Assembly (NCBI RefSeq): GCF_963676685.1
Contig: NC_092349.1
Location: forward strand, 44,826,001-44,890,000
Reading direction: 5' to 3'
Length of the DNA stretch: 64,000 nt
Source: Mytilus edulis
Lineage: Eukaryota
Shown piece after piece: positions 13,098 to 25,583 of the stretch (position 1 is the stretch's first letter; each line of letters starts with the position of its first letter). The translations under genes and the position numbers were made by a program. The notes below the pieces were generated by a model. The model was given only the letters and a program-made list of their open reading frames with translations. It was not told where the DNA came from and did not search any database.

Positions 13098-14509
13098 CAG
13101 GCGCGTAGCAACCCGTACGCAAAAACGCAGTTGCGTACACATCGAAAATCTCCAAAAAAATAAAAATATGGTAAATCTAGTAAGAATTTAACTAAAGTAA
13201 TGAAGTTAATAAAAAAAAATATACAAATATGTTAATGATCAGTTTGTAGCTATATTCCGTTCCGAAAACTAGTCTTCCCTTTTCATTTACGAAATCAGCA
13301 TCGTGATTCTGTTGCTGATACAAACAATTTAAAATGGCTGAGTCCTTCGGGTGTCAAAACACAATTGTCACGTCTTCTATGCCTCCTTATCCTGACATTT
13401 TTTTCTGAAGATTCCAAAATAACTGATGAAATAAAATATGACATTTTTAAGAGACAATGGACATCAATTCATTCTTATGAAACTGAACATGTATCTACCT
13501 TTCGTCGATCATTTGATAGCAGAGTTGAATACAAGACTTCTGACAGCAGAGCCACGTTATGTCGCACAAAAGTTAATTCCACAATCATTGACCAACTTAC
13601 TTTAGCTGTTGGGGACATAATCTTTAATGGAATGCAGATGATGCCCATGTTACAAAAGACGAATTTCAAGATCGAAATTCGGAGATGGTTAAAAAATGGA
13701 CTGGATATTTTGATAACATTCCTAACAAGCTGCAGGAAACATTAAATGTTATAAACCAAGGATACCCGGGAATCTTTCAGATACTTAATGTATTTGCCTG
13801 TATGCCGGTCTCGACGGCAACGCGGGCAGAACGGTTCTTTACTACCATGAGAAGAGTGAAGACCTAGTTGAGAAATACAATGAAAACGAATCGTTTATCT
13901 GGACTCGGTCTTTTGAACATATACTAAGAAAAAAAATTAAAACAGACACGGTTTTGGACATCTTTAGTAGAAAAAAAGAAAGGAAATGGGCATCGATTTT
14001 TCAGAATTAACTTTGAGAGAAAAAAAAAAGCTGAAAAACACTGCTTGTTCACTCCTAAAATAAAACATAAAGATATGTGTCTGATTCGAATTTTTATTTA
14101 TGTATTTTCTCAATAAGAAAAATACCATTTAAGTTGCACAGTGTTGGCTTAGAAATTAGTTTGTGTTTTCTAATGTAAAGTGGGTTCAGCATGATTAGGT
14201 AACAAATAAAATATACCTAATCAAGCCATTTTAACCCACTACACATAAGAAAAGAAAAAACAAATTGTTAAGCCCAACAGTACGGGTTTCTTTGTTTTTC
14301 TCTGATTATTTATTTCCAAAGTTGACTTTTTTCTCCTGAAAGTAAGATTTCTGTGAGGTCATTTTAAGTCCTCGGAAATTGCGAGAATGCAGGATTTTGC
14401 ACCATTTACCCCAGAGCTTCAGGGAGCCTTGATCGGCCCAAGACCCCCGGCCGTATGACTACCTTCTCCGGCATTGCGTACACATCAAAATTGCCTAGCT
14501 ACGCCCCTG
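13098..14509 (+). mobile_element. Internally deleted hAT transposon (P52rIPK/THAP12-like transposase remnant), 5-bp TSD CATGT
   Basis: Termini CAGGCGCGTAGC / GCTACGCCCCTG, with CATGT on both flanks. Repeated TTGCGTACACATC near both ends. Remnant peptide YPGIFQILNVFACMPVSTATRAERFFTTMRRVKT*LRNTM (hAT dimerisation domain). Lies in intron 2 of UNC93 paralogue 1. Confidence 0.85.
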
Positions 14510-14839
14510 CATGTTAATAGCTACAATTTCTACCACCTTATTTTAATTTTTTGTATATTTCAGCAATTAAGTACTGTAAGTAAGTATATAACACTTAAGA
14601 GAGTTAACTCTTTAAAAATTAGCTGAACGTTTTAATTACATACTATAAGCAGAGACATATAACGTCTCTGCAATTAGTAAAGAGAAGTCAAGCTTCTCAA
14701 TGATCAAAATTAGGGTTGGTCAAACTGCTATATATACATGTATGTCCATGAATTTATTCCTGTATATTATTGTGGGGTTTAAATTTCTTGAAATGTTTAT
14801 ATTTTTGTCAACAAGTCAAAGTAATTATAAATATTTTTG

Positions 14840-15168
14840 GGATCCCGCTAACATGTTTAACCCCGCCACATTATTTATGTATGTGCCTGACACAAGTCAG
14901 GAGCCTGTAATTCAGTGGTTGTCGTTTGTTTATGTGTTACATATTTGTTTTTCGTTCATTTTTTTTACATAAATAAGGCCGTTAGTTTTTTCGTTTGAAT
15001 TGTTTTACATTGTCTTATCGGGGCCTTTTATATAGCTGACAATGCGGTATGGGCTTTGCTCATTGTTGAAGGCCTTTCGGTGACCTATAGTTGTTAATGT
15101 CTGTGTCATTTTGGTCTTTTGTGGATAGTTGTCTCATTGGCAATCATACCACATCTTCTTTTTTATAT
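14840..15168 (+). repeat. Abundant SINE-like interspersed repeat (family 1)
   Basis: AACATGTTTAACCCCGCC...CAAGTCAGGAGCC...GTTGTCTCATTGGCAATCATACCACATCTTC. Further copies or fragments at about 1040, 9890-10310, 15615-15712, 15720-16332, 21893-21982, 22520-22665, 37590 and 57850(-). Confidence 0.7.
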
Positions 15169-15204
15169 AAACAATGTATATAGCTATCTCTTTCGTAAAC
15201 ATAC

Positions 15205-15475
15205 CATCGCTCTGAGCTTGCCACACCGCATCTGCTAGTCCCCACACAGCTGGTATAACAAAAAAAAGTTCAAATGGAACCTGGCCACTTAAAGACCATA
15301 CACGTAAAAAAACCAGGACACCTAAATTAAGGAAAGCGCTGAAAAAGAACAATACTAGTCTTCCGGTATATTTAGCTATTATTCCAACTAGTAGAGATCC
15401 AACTGTATCACAAACGCCAAAGCATATCATCGTGTAGCCAATCCATTCAATCCCAAGTTTACAGGCAACGAATGA
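15205..15475 (-). CDS. UNC93A: UNC93-like paralogue 1, exon 2 (271 nt)
   Basis: tttag acceptor, then SFVACKLGIEWIGYTMICFGVCDTVGS...WGLADAVWQAQSD, then GTATGT donor, phase 1. Confidence 0.92.
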
Positions 15476-16456
15476 CTAAAAAAATCAGGTCTAAATTATA
15501 TGCATAATTATCTATAAAGCACAGTATAAGTAGATATAGTAGATATTGAAGTAAAATGGATATGTCTGCAATCGACCTGTTTGCATTCATTTACAAATGA
15601 ACAGTTGTTGAAGTTTAAGGCCGTACATCGACCAATAGTTGTTAATTTCTGTGTCATATGATCTCTTGTGGAGAGTTGTCTCATTGGCAATCATACCACA
15701 TCTTATTTTTTATAGATGCACTTAAGCGATTAATTGATTGATATTTTAGTCTTAGATATATGATATTTTATTAGTTCATTGGCTTTGAACTAGCTGTCAG
15801 TAGCTGTGAGTACTCTCGGTACTGTACTTCGTTCTTTTTTGTTATGAGGGATCATGTATAAATTCTCTGACAACGTCCGGTCTGTGTTTTTGTTAGATGT
15901 GTTTTTCTGCATTGTATCGATCTGACGAGTTAAGCCCTTTTCAACATATTGTTTAGGTTTTTTTTAATGTTGTACTGTTAAACCACTGTACCAGTTTAGG
16001 GGAAGGGTTTGCGCCTTCAAACACGTCAACCCCGACACATTCTATATAAATGTGCCTGCCCCAAGCCAGGAGCTTGTAGTTGAGTGATTGTCGTTGGTTC
16101 GTGTCTGTCATATTTGTGTTTCGTAAATGTTTTTGTTATAAATTAGGCCATCAGTTTTTCTCAATTCAATTGTTTCATATTTTCCATGACAGGGCCTTTT
16201 ATAGCCGACTATAATTAAGGTATGGATTTTTCTCATTGGTGAAGGTAGTTCACATACAATTGCATACATCAACTTCTTTTGAATTTTGGTGGATAGTTGT
16301 CTCGTGGGCATTCATACCACATCTCCTTATTTAAAAAAAATATATTTCCGCAACTTTGGAAATTTCTGTCTATTTTTTTAAATCAAAATACATGTTACCA
16401 AGGATTTGTATCCTTGGTGTGTGTTACCAATTCTTTATTACTCAGTATATACTTAC

Positions 16457-17341
16457 TGTTGTAAACTGAGCAAACATCATAACCTGCTCCATGCCGGTAT
16501 AAAGGGCGAACGGAATTATCATGGCCATATTTAGATCGGTAAAAAGTAGTTTCAAATTGGCAGCTAATCGTTCCTTTAAAGTAGAATACTTGTCACTCAT
16601 GGATGATTTGATTGGTTTAAGAACAAACACCGTGAGGAGTAAACCAATGAATGTGATCCCTAAATATATACTTATTAGAGTAATTTCTAAATGTTGGTCC
16701 GGTCTAACGACAGCTTCAGAAGTCTCATTTCCGTTACTGATCGTTTGCTCAGAGGGGCAATACTGAGCACCACAAAAAGTGTTGTTAGTCTGTTCCGTCG
16801 ATGCACCGCCTAGCTGGAACACTGCTGACGAAATAAGATTGCCCCAAACTTGTGTGCTTTGAAAAGCCATGAAAAATATTCCGAACAATCTACTGAGTAT
16901 TGCTTCTAACGATTCTCCGGTTATTTTGTGATAGTCTAAGGCAATCATTGTCACATAACATGATTGCGCCGTCCACAATAGTCCTGAAGATAAACCAACA
17001 ATGGCGCCGCCTGTTATTAAAATATACGGTTTTGGATAGTAGTTAGCGGCTACAAAAATACACTGACAAATACATGCAACAATAAGAGCTCCTTTAGATC
17101 CAATATAACTTATAACTGTCGGAGCTACGAGACAGGAAATAACTCCGCCGGAAGTCACTGCTGCCAACGAATAAAGTCCAGTTACAGCATTTACTGCCGC
17201 CTCTAAGTTTTGCAATCCAGAATATGCCGTAAATATGAACAGCCATATAAAGCATATTGTCATAAAATTGAATAAGAGCTTCCTTTTTTGTTCCCTTACG
17301 TCTTCTTTGTGTGAATTTTGTTTTTCGGTGACAACTTCCAT
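16457..17341 (-). CDS. UNC93A: UNC93-like protein A paralogue 1, exon 1 of 3 (295 codons); full CDS join(17341..16457,15475..15205,12480..12266), 456 aa
   Basis: ORF carries UNC-93 motifs FIFTAYSGLQNLE, GLLWTAQSCYVT, FFMAFQSTQVWGNLISS, CGAQYCP and YTGMEQ. GTAAGT donor follows AQFTT, phase 0. Confidence 0.92.
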
Positions 17342-18404
17342 TATTAACTTTTATGGTTATAAGAGTCACAGTATCTAAAAGTACTTTTTACAAAATGCAC
17401 TTTTTTCGGACTGCACTTTCTGTTATCAATAGTTTTGTAAATCAATATTGAATTAAATTTTACATCTGTTGTACGTATTCATTTCATCGTAGATGTGTAA
17501 ACTAATGACCGGCCAGCTCCAGGACGCCTTCAAGATTACTGAAATCTTGTTATCTTTATAAAATTACCGGATAATTATGATATTGACATTATGTACTGGA
17601 CATGTCTTTTGCGTTGTTATTCAAGTCTTATAACTTCTTTTTACAAAATAAATAGCAACTTATAATTTATTTCTGTCATTGTTTTACTTTTTAAAAAGAA
17701 TAACCATATTTTGAAACGTACGCAATTCAAATACAAATTCAATTTCAAAATGAGAATGTCCATGTATCAATATTTTATAATGGTCAAACATGCTAATTAA
17801 GTAAATATCAATTCAAATGTTATCATGTTGTTCAAGGTAAAATACCAACGAATACTAGCAGAAAGGCCGACAAACCTTTTTGATCCTCCAAGGATTCCGT
17901 ATCAACAGAAAACCTCTACCTGTACGTACATTATATATACCAAGGTAAACAACAGTAACGATCGACCTACAAAATGTTTTTATTGCAAAAAAGGATGAGA
18001 AAATCGGCATTGACAATTTTAGAATGAGAATTCGGTATAAACTTATCTGCGATGGCATTCAAATTGTTTAATAATCAGACAATGTTTAACTTGGTGATAA
18101 CATTTGTAAAAGCTTCTTGTAGTTTTGATGTTATATTTAAAGTTTCATATGACTTAAAGTTAATTTCGAAAACAATTTTTTTTAAATGAATAAAATTACG
18201 AATAAAAACATTAATTTTATTTTCCAAAACATGTAGGAAATGATAATAATTAAAACTAAATAACTGATTTAAAGTACACCAAAAGTCTCCTTTTTGATCA
18301 TTTGCGGTTTTTTTTTAACCCCGGACCTCATTTTATTTATATAGATATTTAAATGAATATATAGATGAATCAACGCATTTTAAAGTGTTAATTGAAAATA
18401 AGAG

Positions 18405-18628
18405 TTAAATTAATCTTTCATCTGGTTTGTTCTTCAGGCGGATCCTAATTTCTACAATAGCCACAAATACCATGGATACAACTAACGTCCCTGCTGCTAT
18501 ATAAAGTTTGATGTATTCACATAGATGTACATTATATAGATAACCCACAGTGAACCCCAGAGCCTGGAACAGTCTTAGGTTGGCAAACGCTGGTTCCTGG
18601 TCTTCTGTAAAGGCAGAGCCTACCAAGG
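18405..18628 (-). CDS. UNC93A: UNC93-like paralogue 2, exon 3 (terminal)
   Basis: tttcag acceptor, ALVGSAFTEDQEPAFANLRLFQALGF...DERLI*. Exon lengths sum to 1440 nt. Confidence 0.9.
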
Positions 18629-19252
18629 CTGAAATAAACCAGATGATATCATAGTCAAATCGAAATCATATTACATGAACGCCTTTTGTATTTTATATTC
18701 TATATTTTTTACACTCTTTCCTTTGTCTCTGTTATGTATAATTGGCTTTAAAACCTTTTAGATGCATAGTTTCTGAATTACTTCTTCATCAATACACGTA
18801 CAATGTACGCATAGGGTCTTGCGTTTTAATGTAAACACTGCATGCTGGTGTCATTGATGGTGGACTAAAAGTCCTGCAATGTAATGAATTTTCCGCTATA
18901 TCGAAAAAAGGGAACAAACACATATCTGGGTATTTAAAATGATACGCTTTTACGTTCATTAATGTATATCTTATAGGGGCCGATCGATGCGTCCATTTAG
19001 CGTTTTCGACTTTGATTCCACAGAACGTTGAACTTCGCCTTTTCCTCTGATGATACAAAAATGTCATCAGAAGCGGATTTGTTCATTTTAAAAGGGGTTC
19101 CATCTATATGTTTTCATTCGAAAGAATTGATCGTCAAAACACGGAGACAAAATAATATTTGATCAACAGAGTTCTTTTTTTACTGCCGAAATTAACTTTG
19201 AAGTTTATATAGTACGATAGTGGTGTTTGCATGCATGTCATCAATAACTGTA

Positions 19253-21769
19253 CACTGTAAATCTAAGTGTTAATAAATAGAACACTGCTTGAACGCTTTT
19301 TTGTAACACTGTTTGAACGTGTAATGGTGTTCCAAATGTTTACACTAGTGTTCATCAATTGAATGTGTGGTGTTCAGATTTTAATGCCTTTGTGTTTCAT
19401 TTTTGAACACTTGATGTTAGAGACCTTAACATTAGTGTTCAATGATTTATCGTGTCCGAATGTATAAAATCTTAATACGTCGACGCGTTCAACAGCCATG
19501 TAACACTTTTTGAACGCACAGAACATGTTTAAAAATCAAAATGTTAAGAATCAGAACACCAGACGTTTACATTCAGAACAGTTGACATAAGTGTTCAAAG
19601 TGATGGTGTTCAAATGTGGAACATGTTCTATTTTCAAGCGTACATAATTTTCCATAAGTATTAAACTTAATTAAACTGTTATAAAAACTATATTGAATCA
19701 GGCAAAATATAACAATAAAACATATTTTAACAAGTAATTCTTTATATAATCAAATGAGCATATATGTAAGAAAAGTAAACAAGAATACCTTATTATATCA
19801 CAAGTAACAGTCAGTGAAATCACATACACAATGTTCTTAAACTGATCACAAATAATGATTTACCCCTAATGACAAGATAGTTGCTACATCATGTGTATCC
19901 TAACCAAAAAACATGTCAATGTGATAAGTAGATAGTTTATGATAAAGATATTTGTCACAATGAAAGTTTAAAAGTTTGCAAATTCCAACAGTTCTTATAC
20001 GATCACATACAATGTACGCTCCACTTTTCAGTGCATCTTCACATAAATCTATCAACTGGGTGGCATTTTATGTGTTGTTATCAACTTCCAATGTCAAATC
20101 CTCTACAACAAGCAATGTCTATATATCCTGCAAAATAAAATTTTAAATTAATAAAAGAGAGTTTTTCATAAAGCATAAAAAAAATGCAATGGTTGTTATG
20201 CTTTAATTTCGATATATACTAGAGTACAAATTGATATTCTATGGCAGTGAAATGCAAGTTTTGACATTATTTATTACAAAAGTCGATTTCTTAACCTAAG
20301 GTATACAGATATAGAAATGATACACCGACATAAGCTATTAATATGCATATATTGTCATACCTTTTTTTACATCTTTCTTTTTTCCAACACTTTATAGCAT
20401 GCAGAAATGACCTTTGTGTGATTATTGGCTACCGGTTCCTAATTAAAACATTTCAATCTAACGATTCCTGCAAATAATAAAAAAAAACTAATGCATTTTC
20501 TAAGTCAAAAATGGTGTTCCATATGTTTACACTAGTGTTCATCAATTGAATACGTGGTGTTCAGTTTTTAATGCCTGTGTTTTTCACTTTTGAACACTTA
20601 ATGTTACAGTTCATAACACTTAGTGTTCATCAATTGAATATGTGGTATTCAGTTTTTAATGCCTTTGTGTTTCATATTTGAACACTTGATGTTAGAGTTC
20701 GTAACACTTAGTGTTCGTCAATTGAATGTGTAGTGTTCAGTTTTGAATGCCTTAGTGTTTCATTTTTGAACACTTGATGTTAGAGTTCTTAACACTTAAT
20801 GTTCAGCTAATATACGTGGATGTCAAAAATCATCATTTATTCTGAAAAACAGACACACGATCACAGATTGGTTATTCATCAGTTTAGCAAATCACCAGAA
20901 CAAAGCTGACAGTTATTTACGTTTAATCTAAATCCTGTTCTTTAATTCGTCTTTTATGTTGAATATTGAAAATTTGGATATTACAGTTATGAATATTTGA
21001 CAAAAATATATCTGACATGAGAAAATAACAAGGAAGCCATCGAGCTACCTATGGAGATTATCCTACTGACTTGTTACTCACTTCTTTAACTTTCGTGTTC
21101 ATGTGGGATAGAAGTCCCTTCTCCAGTTCTCTTCCTTGTGTGTATCCATTCTTCGTTTAACCGCCTAAATCATTAGCCGATATCTGTTTCCGGTATTTGA
21201 TTCCTGGTATATTTTTTTTAACGCGAGGTGTTCAAAGTTTCGAGCGATTTGAACACTGATTGAACATGTAATGTTAATAAACTGAACGGATCGTGAAATA
21301 AGATAAACATCGACATATTTTTATTACGATATTATCATAACAGGCCTCATAGATATGCATAAGTATGTCACTTATAAGTAAAACTAGTAATAAAAATAAA
21401 ATAAGTTCATAAACTATACATATATGCCAGAAGTTTGAAGTTTAATATTTCACAATTACTAAAATATTAGTCAAAAATTCACATGATCATCATCCTGCGT
21501 TTACATTCATATTTTTAAATTAATTTCTATGTAAATTTGCCAATAATTAAAAGGATAGAAAATCGGACAAACAGCTATCTTCTTTTTTAGATCAGAATTT
21601 GAACACCGGTGTTCACTGTGTCTGAACACACATGTTGATATTTTTAACACAAACGTTAAAACTTTGAACACGTCTCTAAGCATGAGCATATGCCGTTTAA
21701 ATATTGTACATTCGGTATACAAATTTTGAACGCGTCCGGACGCGTCAGGCGTCAGGTATATTTACAGTG
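19253..21769. mobile_element. Non-autonomous CACTA/EnSpm-like element in intron 2 of UNC93 paralogue 2
   Basis: CACTGTAAAT / ATTTACAGTG termini flanked by TA. Dozens of GTGTTCA/TGAACAC repeats in both orientations. About 95-bp internal tandem repeats at 20510-20805. Confidence 0.75.
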
Positions 21770-22228
21770 TAGGAAACTACTTTTATATGTTTCAATTACT
21801 ATTCAATGTTTCAATTGCTATTCAATGTTTCATTAAGGGTCGAACACCTTCCTCTAATAAACACAAATACATAGAAGTAACATGTATGAATTACGGTGAC
21901 CTATAGTTTTTAATATCTGTGTCATTTTGGTCTCTTGTGGACAGTTGTCTCATTGGCAATATACCACATCTTCTTTTTTATATGAAGTTTTAAATGAGGG
22001 ACCTTTTAGGTCTGAATTCTTTATTTTTTCATACAATTTGTCACATTAACTATCTTGAACATTATTCTCTATCTTTTATAATTTATTACTCAATTGTTCT
22101 CTGTTTTTTCTCCATTCTCTATATTTTATCGGCACTTTTTAACCATAATTCTCTATTCTGTAATCCCGATCCAAACCCTCCGAGGCTCGTGTAGGTTTTA
22201 TATGAAATACATGTAATATTAAACATAC

Positions 22229-22499
22229 CTCCACTTTGTGTTTGCCAGATTCCATCTGCTAATCCCCATACACCTGGTATAACGAAGAATAGATAAAAAG
22301 GTACTTCTTCTTTAAAGGACCAGAATCTCATAATACCAAGAACTCCAAGGTTCAAAATCGTAGCAATGATAAATAATGGCGGCCGTCCAGTAAATTTTCC
22401 GATGAATCCTACTAGTAGTGAGCCAACGGTATCACATACTCCAAAGCAGATCATTGTATAGCCAATCCATTCTATACCAAGCTTACAGGCAACGAATGA
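22229..22499 (-). CDS. UNC93A: UNC93-like paralogue 2, exon 2 (271 nt)
   Basis: tttcag acceptor, SFVACKLGIEWIGYTMICFG...WGLADGIWQTQSG, GTATGT donor. Same length and phase as in paralogue 1. Confidence 0.92.
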
Positions 22500-22729
22500 C
22501 TGAAAATATTCATATGAATTAGGCCGTTAGTTTTCTCGTTTGAATTGTTTTACATTGTCATTTTGGGCCTTATATAGCCGACTATGCGGTATGGGCTCTG
22601 TTCATTGTTGAAGGCCGTACGGTGACCTATAGTTGTTAATTTCTGGGTCATTTTGGTCTCTTGTTAAACAATGTTAAATGTTTTGATAAACATTGAAATA
22701 GAGAGACAGAAGTTACCTACGGGATATTC

Positions 22730-23050
22730 TTAATTATAAGTCGAAAATGAACTGCAAATGCCATGGCAACAACAATAACTCGAAAAGACAAATAACAGCA
22801 CACACAGCACTACATAGCAAACTAAAGACCGTCCGAGCAACATGAACCCCACAAAAAAAACCGGGAGTGAACTCAGTAACCCCCGAAGTGTCGGCAGATC
22901 CTGTTCCACATGTAGCACCCGTCTAGCTGTAAGTTCAGGCCCAGGGATACATTTAATTCGGTAGGTCACATTCGAAGAAAAGAGGACGATAGTGTGGTTA
23001 CGACAATTGGAACATATCCGTCGTCGTTTGTGAATAAAACATTCCATACC
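22730..23050 (-). repeat. Penelope-associated 3' repeat fragment
   Basis: Matches 30085-30430. Another fragment lies at 8680-8860. Confidence 0.6.
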
Positions 23051-23846
23051 GGACATTTAGTCAAAACTTGTATATATAGACTCAGGACGATTTATTACCA
23101 GACATATTGTATACACAGACTTATGTTGGCATGCTCTCTAAATGTCTCAAGGGTTAAATTTCAACGTTCAAACTTTTGTTTTCTGTCTTATTGACGTGTA
23201 AACAGTATCTCTTATAATTGGGAAATAGATATATCTATTTTGAAAAAGGAGAAGGAATTCTGTCATACTTTAATGCATTGTGTGCGTTGTCACATTGAAT
23301 ATATTGGTGTTTTGTAATCAAACAACTTGAATTTGTGATTTTTTTTTTAATTTAATATGTGTTTCTCCTTAGACTATCATTTACACTGTGATAATAAAAG
23401 AAGACTAAGCAGAAAGGACACCATTGGTCAGGAGCGAAAATCAAACGGTCAAATCAAACGACCAAGCATGTACTAGGAAAAAAATCTTATATTAAGAAAT
23501 ACCAATTTAGGTGTTGTTCCTTACTCCATAAGGTATATTAATTAATGAAAGGTTTTCAGTAACTATAGGTTAAACTACAGTATACAAGATTAAGACGATC
23601 CCTAGGGTTAGTTTAGTGTTAATTTTGATATTTATTGATAATCGATGAAATTGTCTTGACAGGATATGTGCTGTTACATGCAGTGGACGAATGTACAAAT
23701 TAAAACGGGGGAAATTTGAAAGTTTTTGATTGGCTACCAAGTTTTTTTCTTAATTTATTTATTCTCTATTCTTTTAACACTATCTAGATCATTTGATACC
23801 AATAAATAAAAGACGAAAGCGAGAAAATAATCAGAAAAATACACTG

Positions 23847-24446
23847 TAAAATTGAGAATGGAAATGAGGAATGTGTCAAAGAGACAACAACCCGACCATA
23901 GAGCAGACAACAACAGAAGGTCACAAACAGGTCTTCAATGCAGCGAGAAATTCTCGCACCCAGAGTCGTCCTTCAGTTGGCCCCTAAACGAATATATATA
24001 CTAGTTCAGTGATTATGAACGTCATACTTAACTCCATATTGTACACAAGAAACTAAAAGTTAAAATAATACAAGACATACAAAGGCCAGAGGCTCCTGAC
24101 TTGGGACAGGCGCAAAAATGCGGCGGGGTTAAACATGTTTGTGATATCTCAACCCTCCCCTATACCTCTAGCCAATGCAAAAAGTAAACGCATAAAAATA
24201 CGCACATTAAAATTCAGTTCAAGAGAAGTCCGAGTCTGATATCAGAAGATGTAACCAAAGAAAATAAACAATAATACATAAATAACATCAGACTACTAGC
24301 AGTTAACTGACATGCCAGCTCCAGACTTCAATTAAACTGATTGAAAAATTATATCTTCATCATATATGAATATCAGGCACAATTCTCCCCGTGAGAGGTT
24401 TAGTATCATACCATCATAACATATGAGAAGAACATAACCCGTGTCA
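23847..24446 (-). repeat. Longer copy of SINE-like family 2
   Basis: Reverse complement of 10950-11252 plus about 300 bp of extra 5' sequence. Confidence 0.7.
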
Positions 24447-24638
24447 TATATTATTACGTGTATATTTGGAGCAACTACAGACTTACGGACAACCTCTGGT
24501 AATCACCAACGCCTACTGAGTATATTTGTGTGTATTTGGTGCATGAGCAAACTGCATGTGTTTTTTTTTTATATTCAAATGATAATAATCTAACAAACTT
24601 CTTCTTAAATTAAGAAAATTGATACTGCTAATGCTTAC

Positions 24639-25583
24639 ATTTGTAAATTCTGCATACATTACAACTTGTTCCATGCCAGTATACAAACTGAATGGTACCA
24701 GCATAAACATGTTCAGATTGGTAAACAGTAGACGGACAGTAGAAAGGAGGCGGACTTTAAGTGTCACTCCACTGTCGCTCATTGAAGATTTCACTGGTTT
24801 TAAGAAGGCTATAGTTATGAGCAGCCCGACAGCAGTAGAACCTAAGTATATTCCTGTCAATATGTTTATGAGTCGAGGTTCTGGCAAACTTGACGGCCCA
24901 CCAGTGCTATTTCCGTGTTTGCCTCCTCGCAACACTGCAACATCTGATGGACAGAAATCTGCACCACAGAATGTGAAATTGGATTCGTGTTTTGTAATTT
25001 GGGATGTTTGTTGCAAAACAAGAGAAGATATTAAATTACCCCACACTTGGGTACTTTGAAAGAACATACAAAATATTCCAAACATAGTACTTAGAGTCTT
25101 CTCCATGGGTTCCCCTATTATTTCATGATACTCCATGGCTATTGTCGTGGTTATAGATCCTTGTGCGGTCCACATTAATCCCGTAGATAGACCTTCAACA
25201 CCGCCAGCAACCACAAGCAAATATTTAAAGCCACTTCCTATGAAACCAAAGAAATTAGCGGCTACAAAAAATGAAAGACAAATCCAGGATACTATAAGAG
25301 CTCCTTTGGATCCAATGTAACTTATAGCTGTCGGTGCTAAAAGACATGCGATGACACCGCCACCTGTTAAAGCCGCTAAGGTGTATAAACCTACATCCTG
25401 ATACAGCGCGGTTTCTAGATTTTGCAAACCAGAATATGCTGTAAATGTGAATAGCCAGATGACACACAGAGCCCCGAAGTTCATTTGCAATTTTCTTTTT
25501 CTTCCTTTAACGTCTCCTTCGTCCATGTCAACCAATCCGGTTTCGTCTTCAAGGGGAGACATGCGACGCATTTTGGTATCCAT
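24639..25583 (-). CDS. UNC93A: UNC93-like protein A paralogue 2, exon 1 of 3 (315 codons); full CDS join(25583..24639,22499..22229,18628..18405), 479 aa
   Basis: Motifs FTFTAYSGLQNLE, FFQSTQVWGNLISS, CGADFCP and YTGMEQ. GTAAGC donor follows AEFTN. Confidence 0.92.

Noticed and set aside
19046-19071. TCTGATGATA caaaaa TGTCATCAGA hairpin
   Set aside because: Simple inverted repeat overlapping a decayed MITE end, with no ribozyme core.
21996-22180. GAGGG...CCCTC element with a TATTCTCT array
   Set aside because: Only 5-bp terminal match and no TSD, so it was used as supporting context rather than called as a feature.
24619-25059. Antisense ORFs over UNC93, LRRC47 and LINE coding regions (also 16521, 47321, 53634)
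   Set aside because: Shadow ORFs of real coding sequence on the opposite strand.
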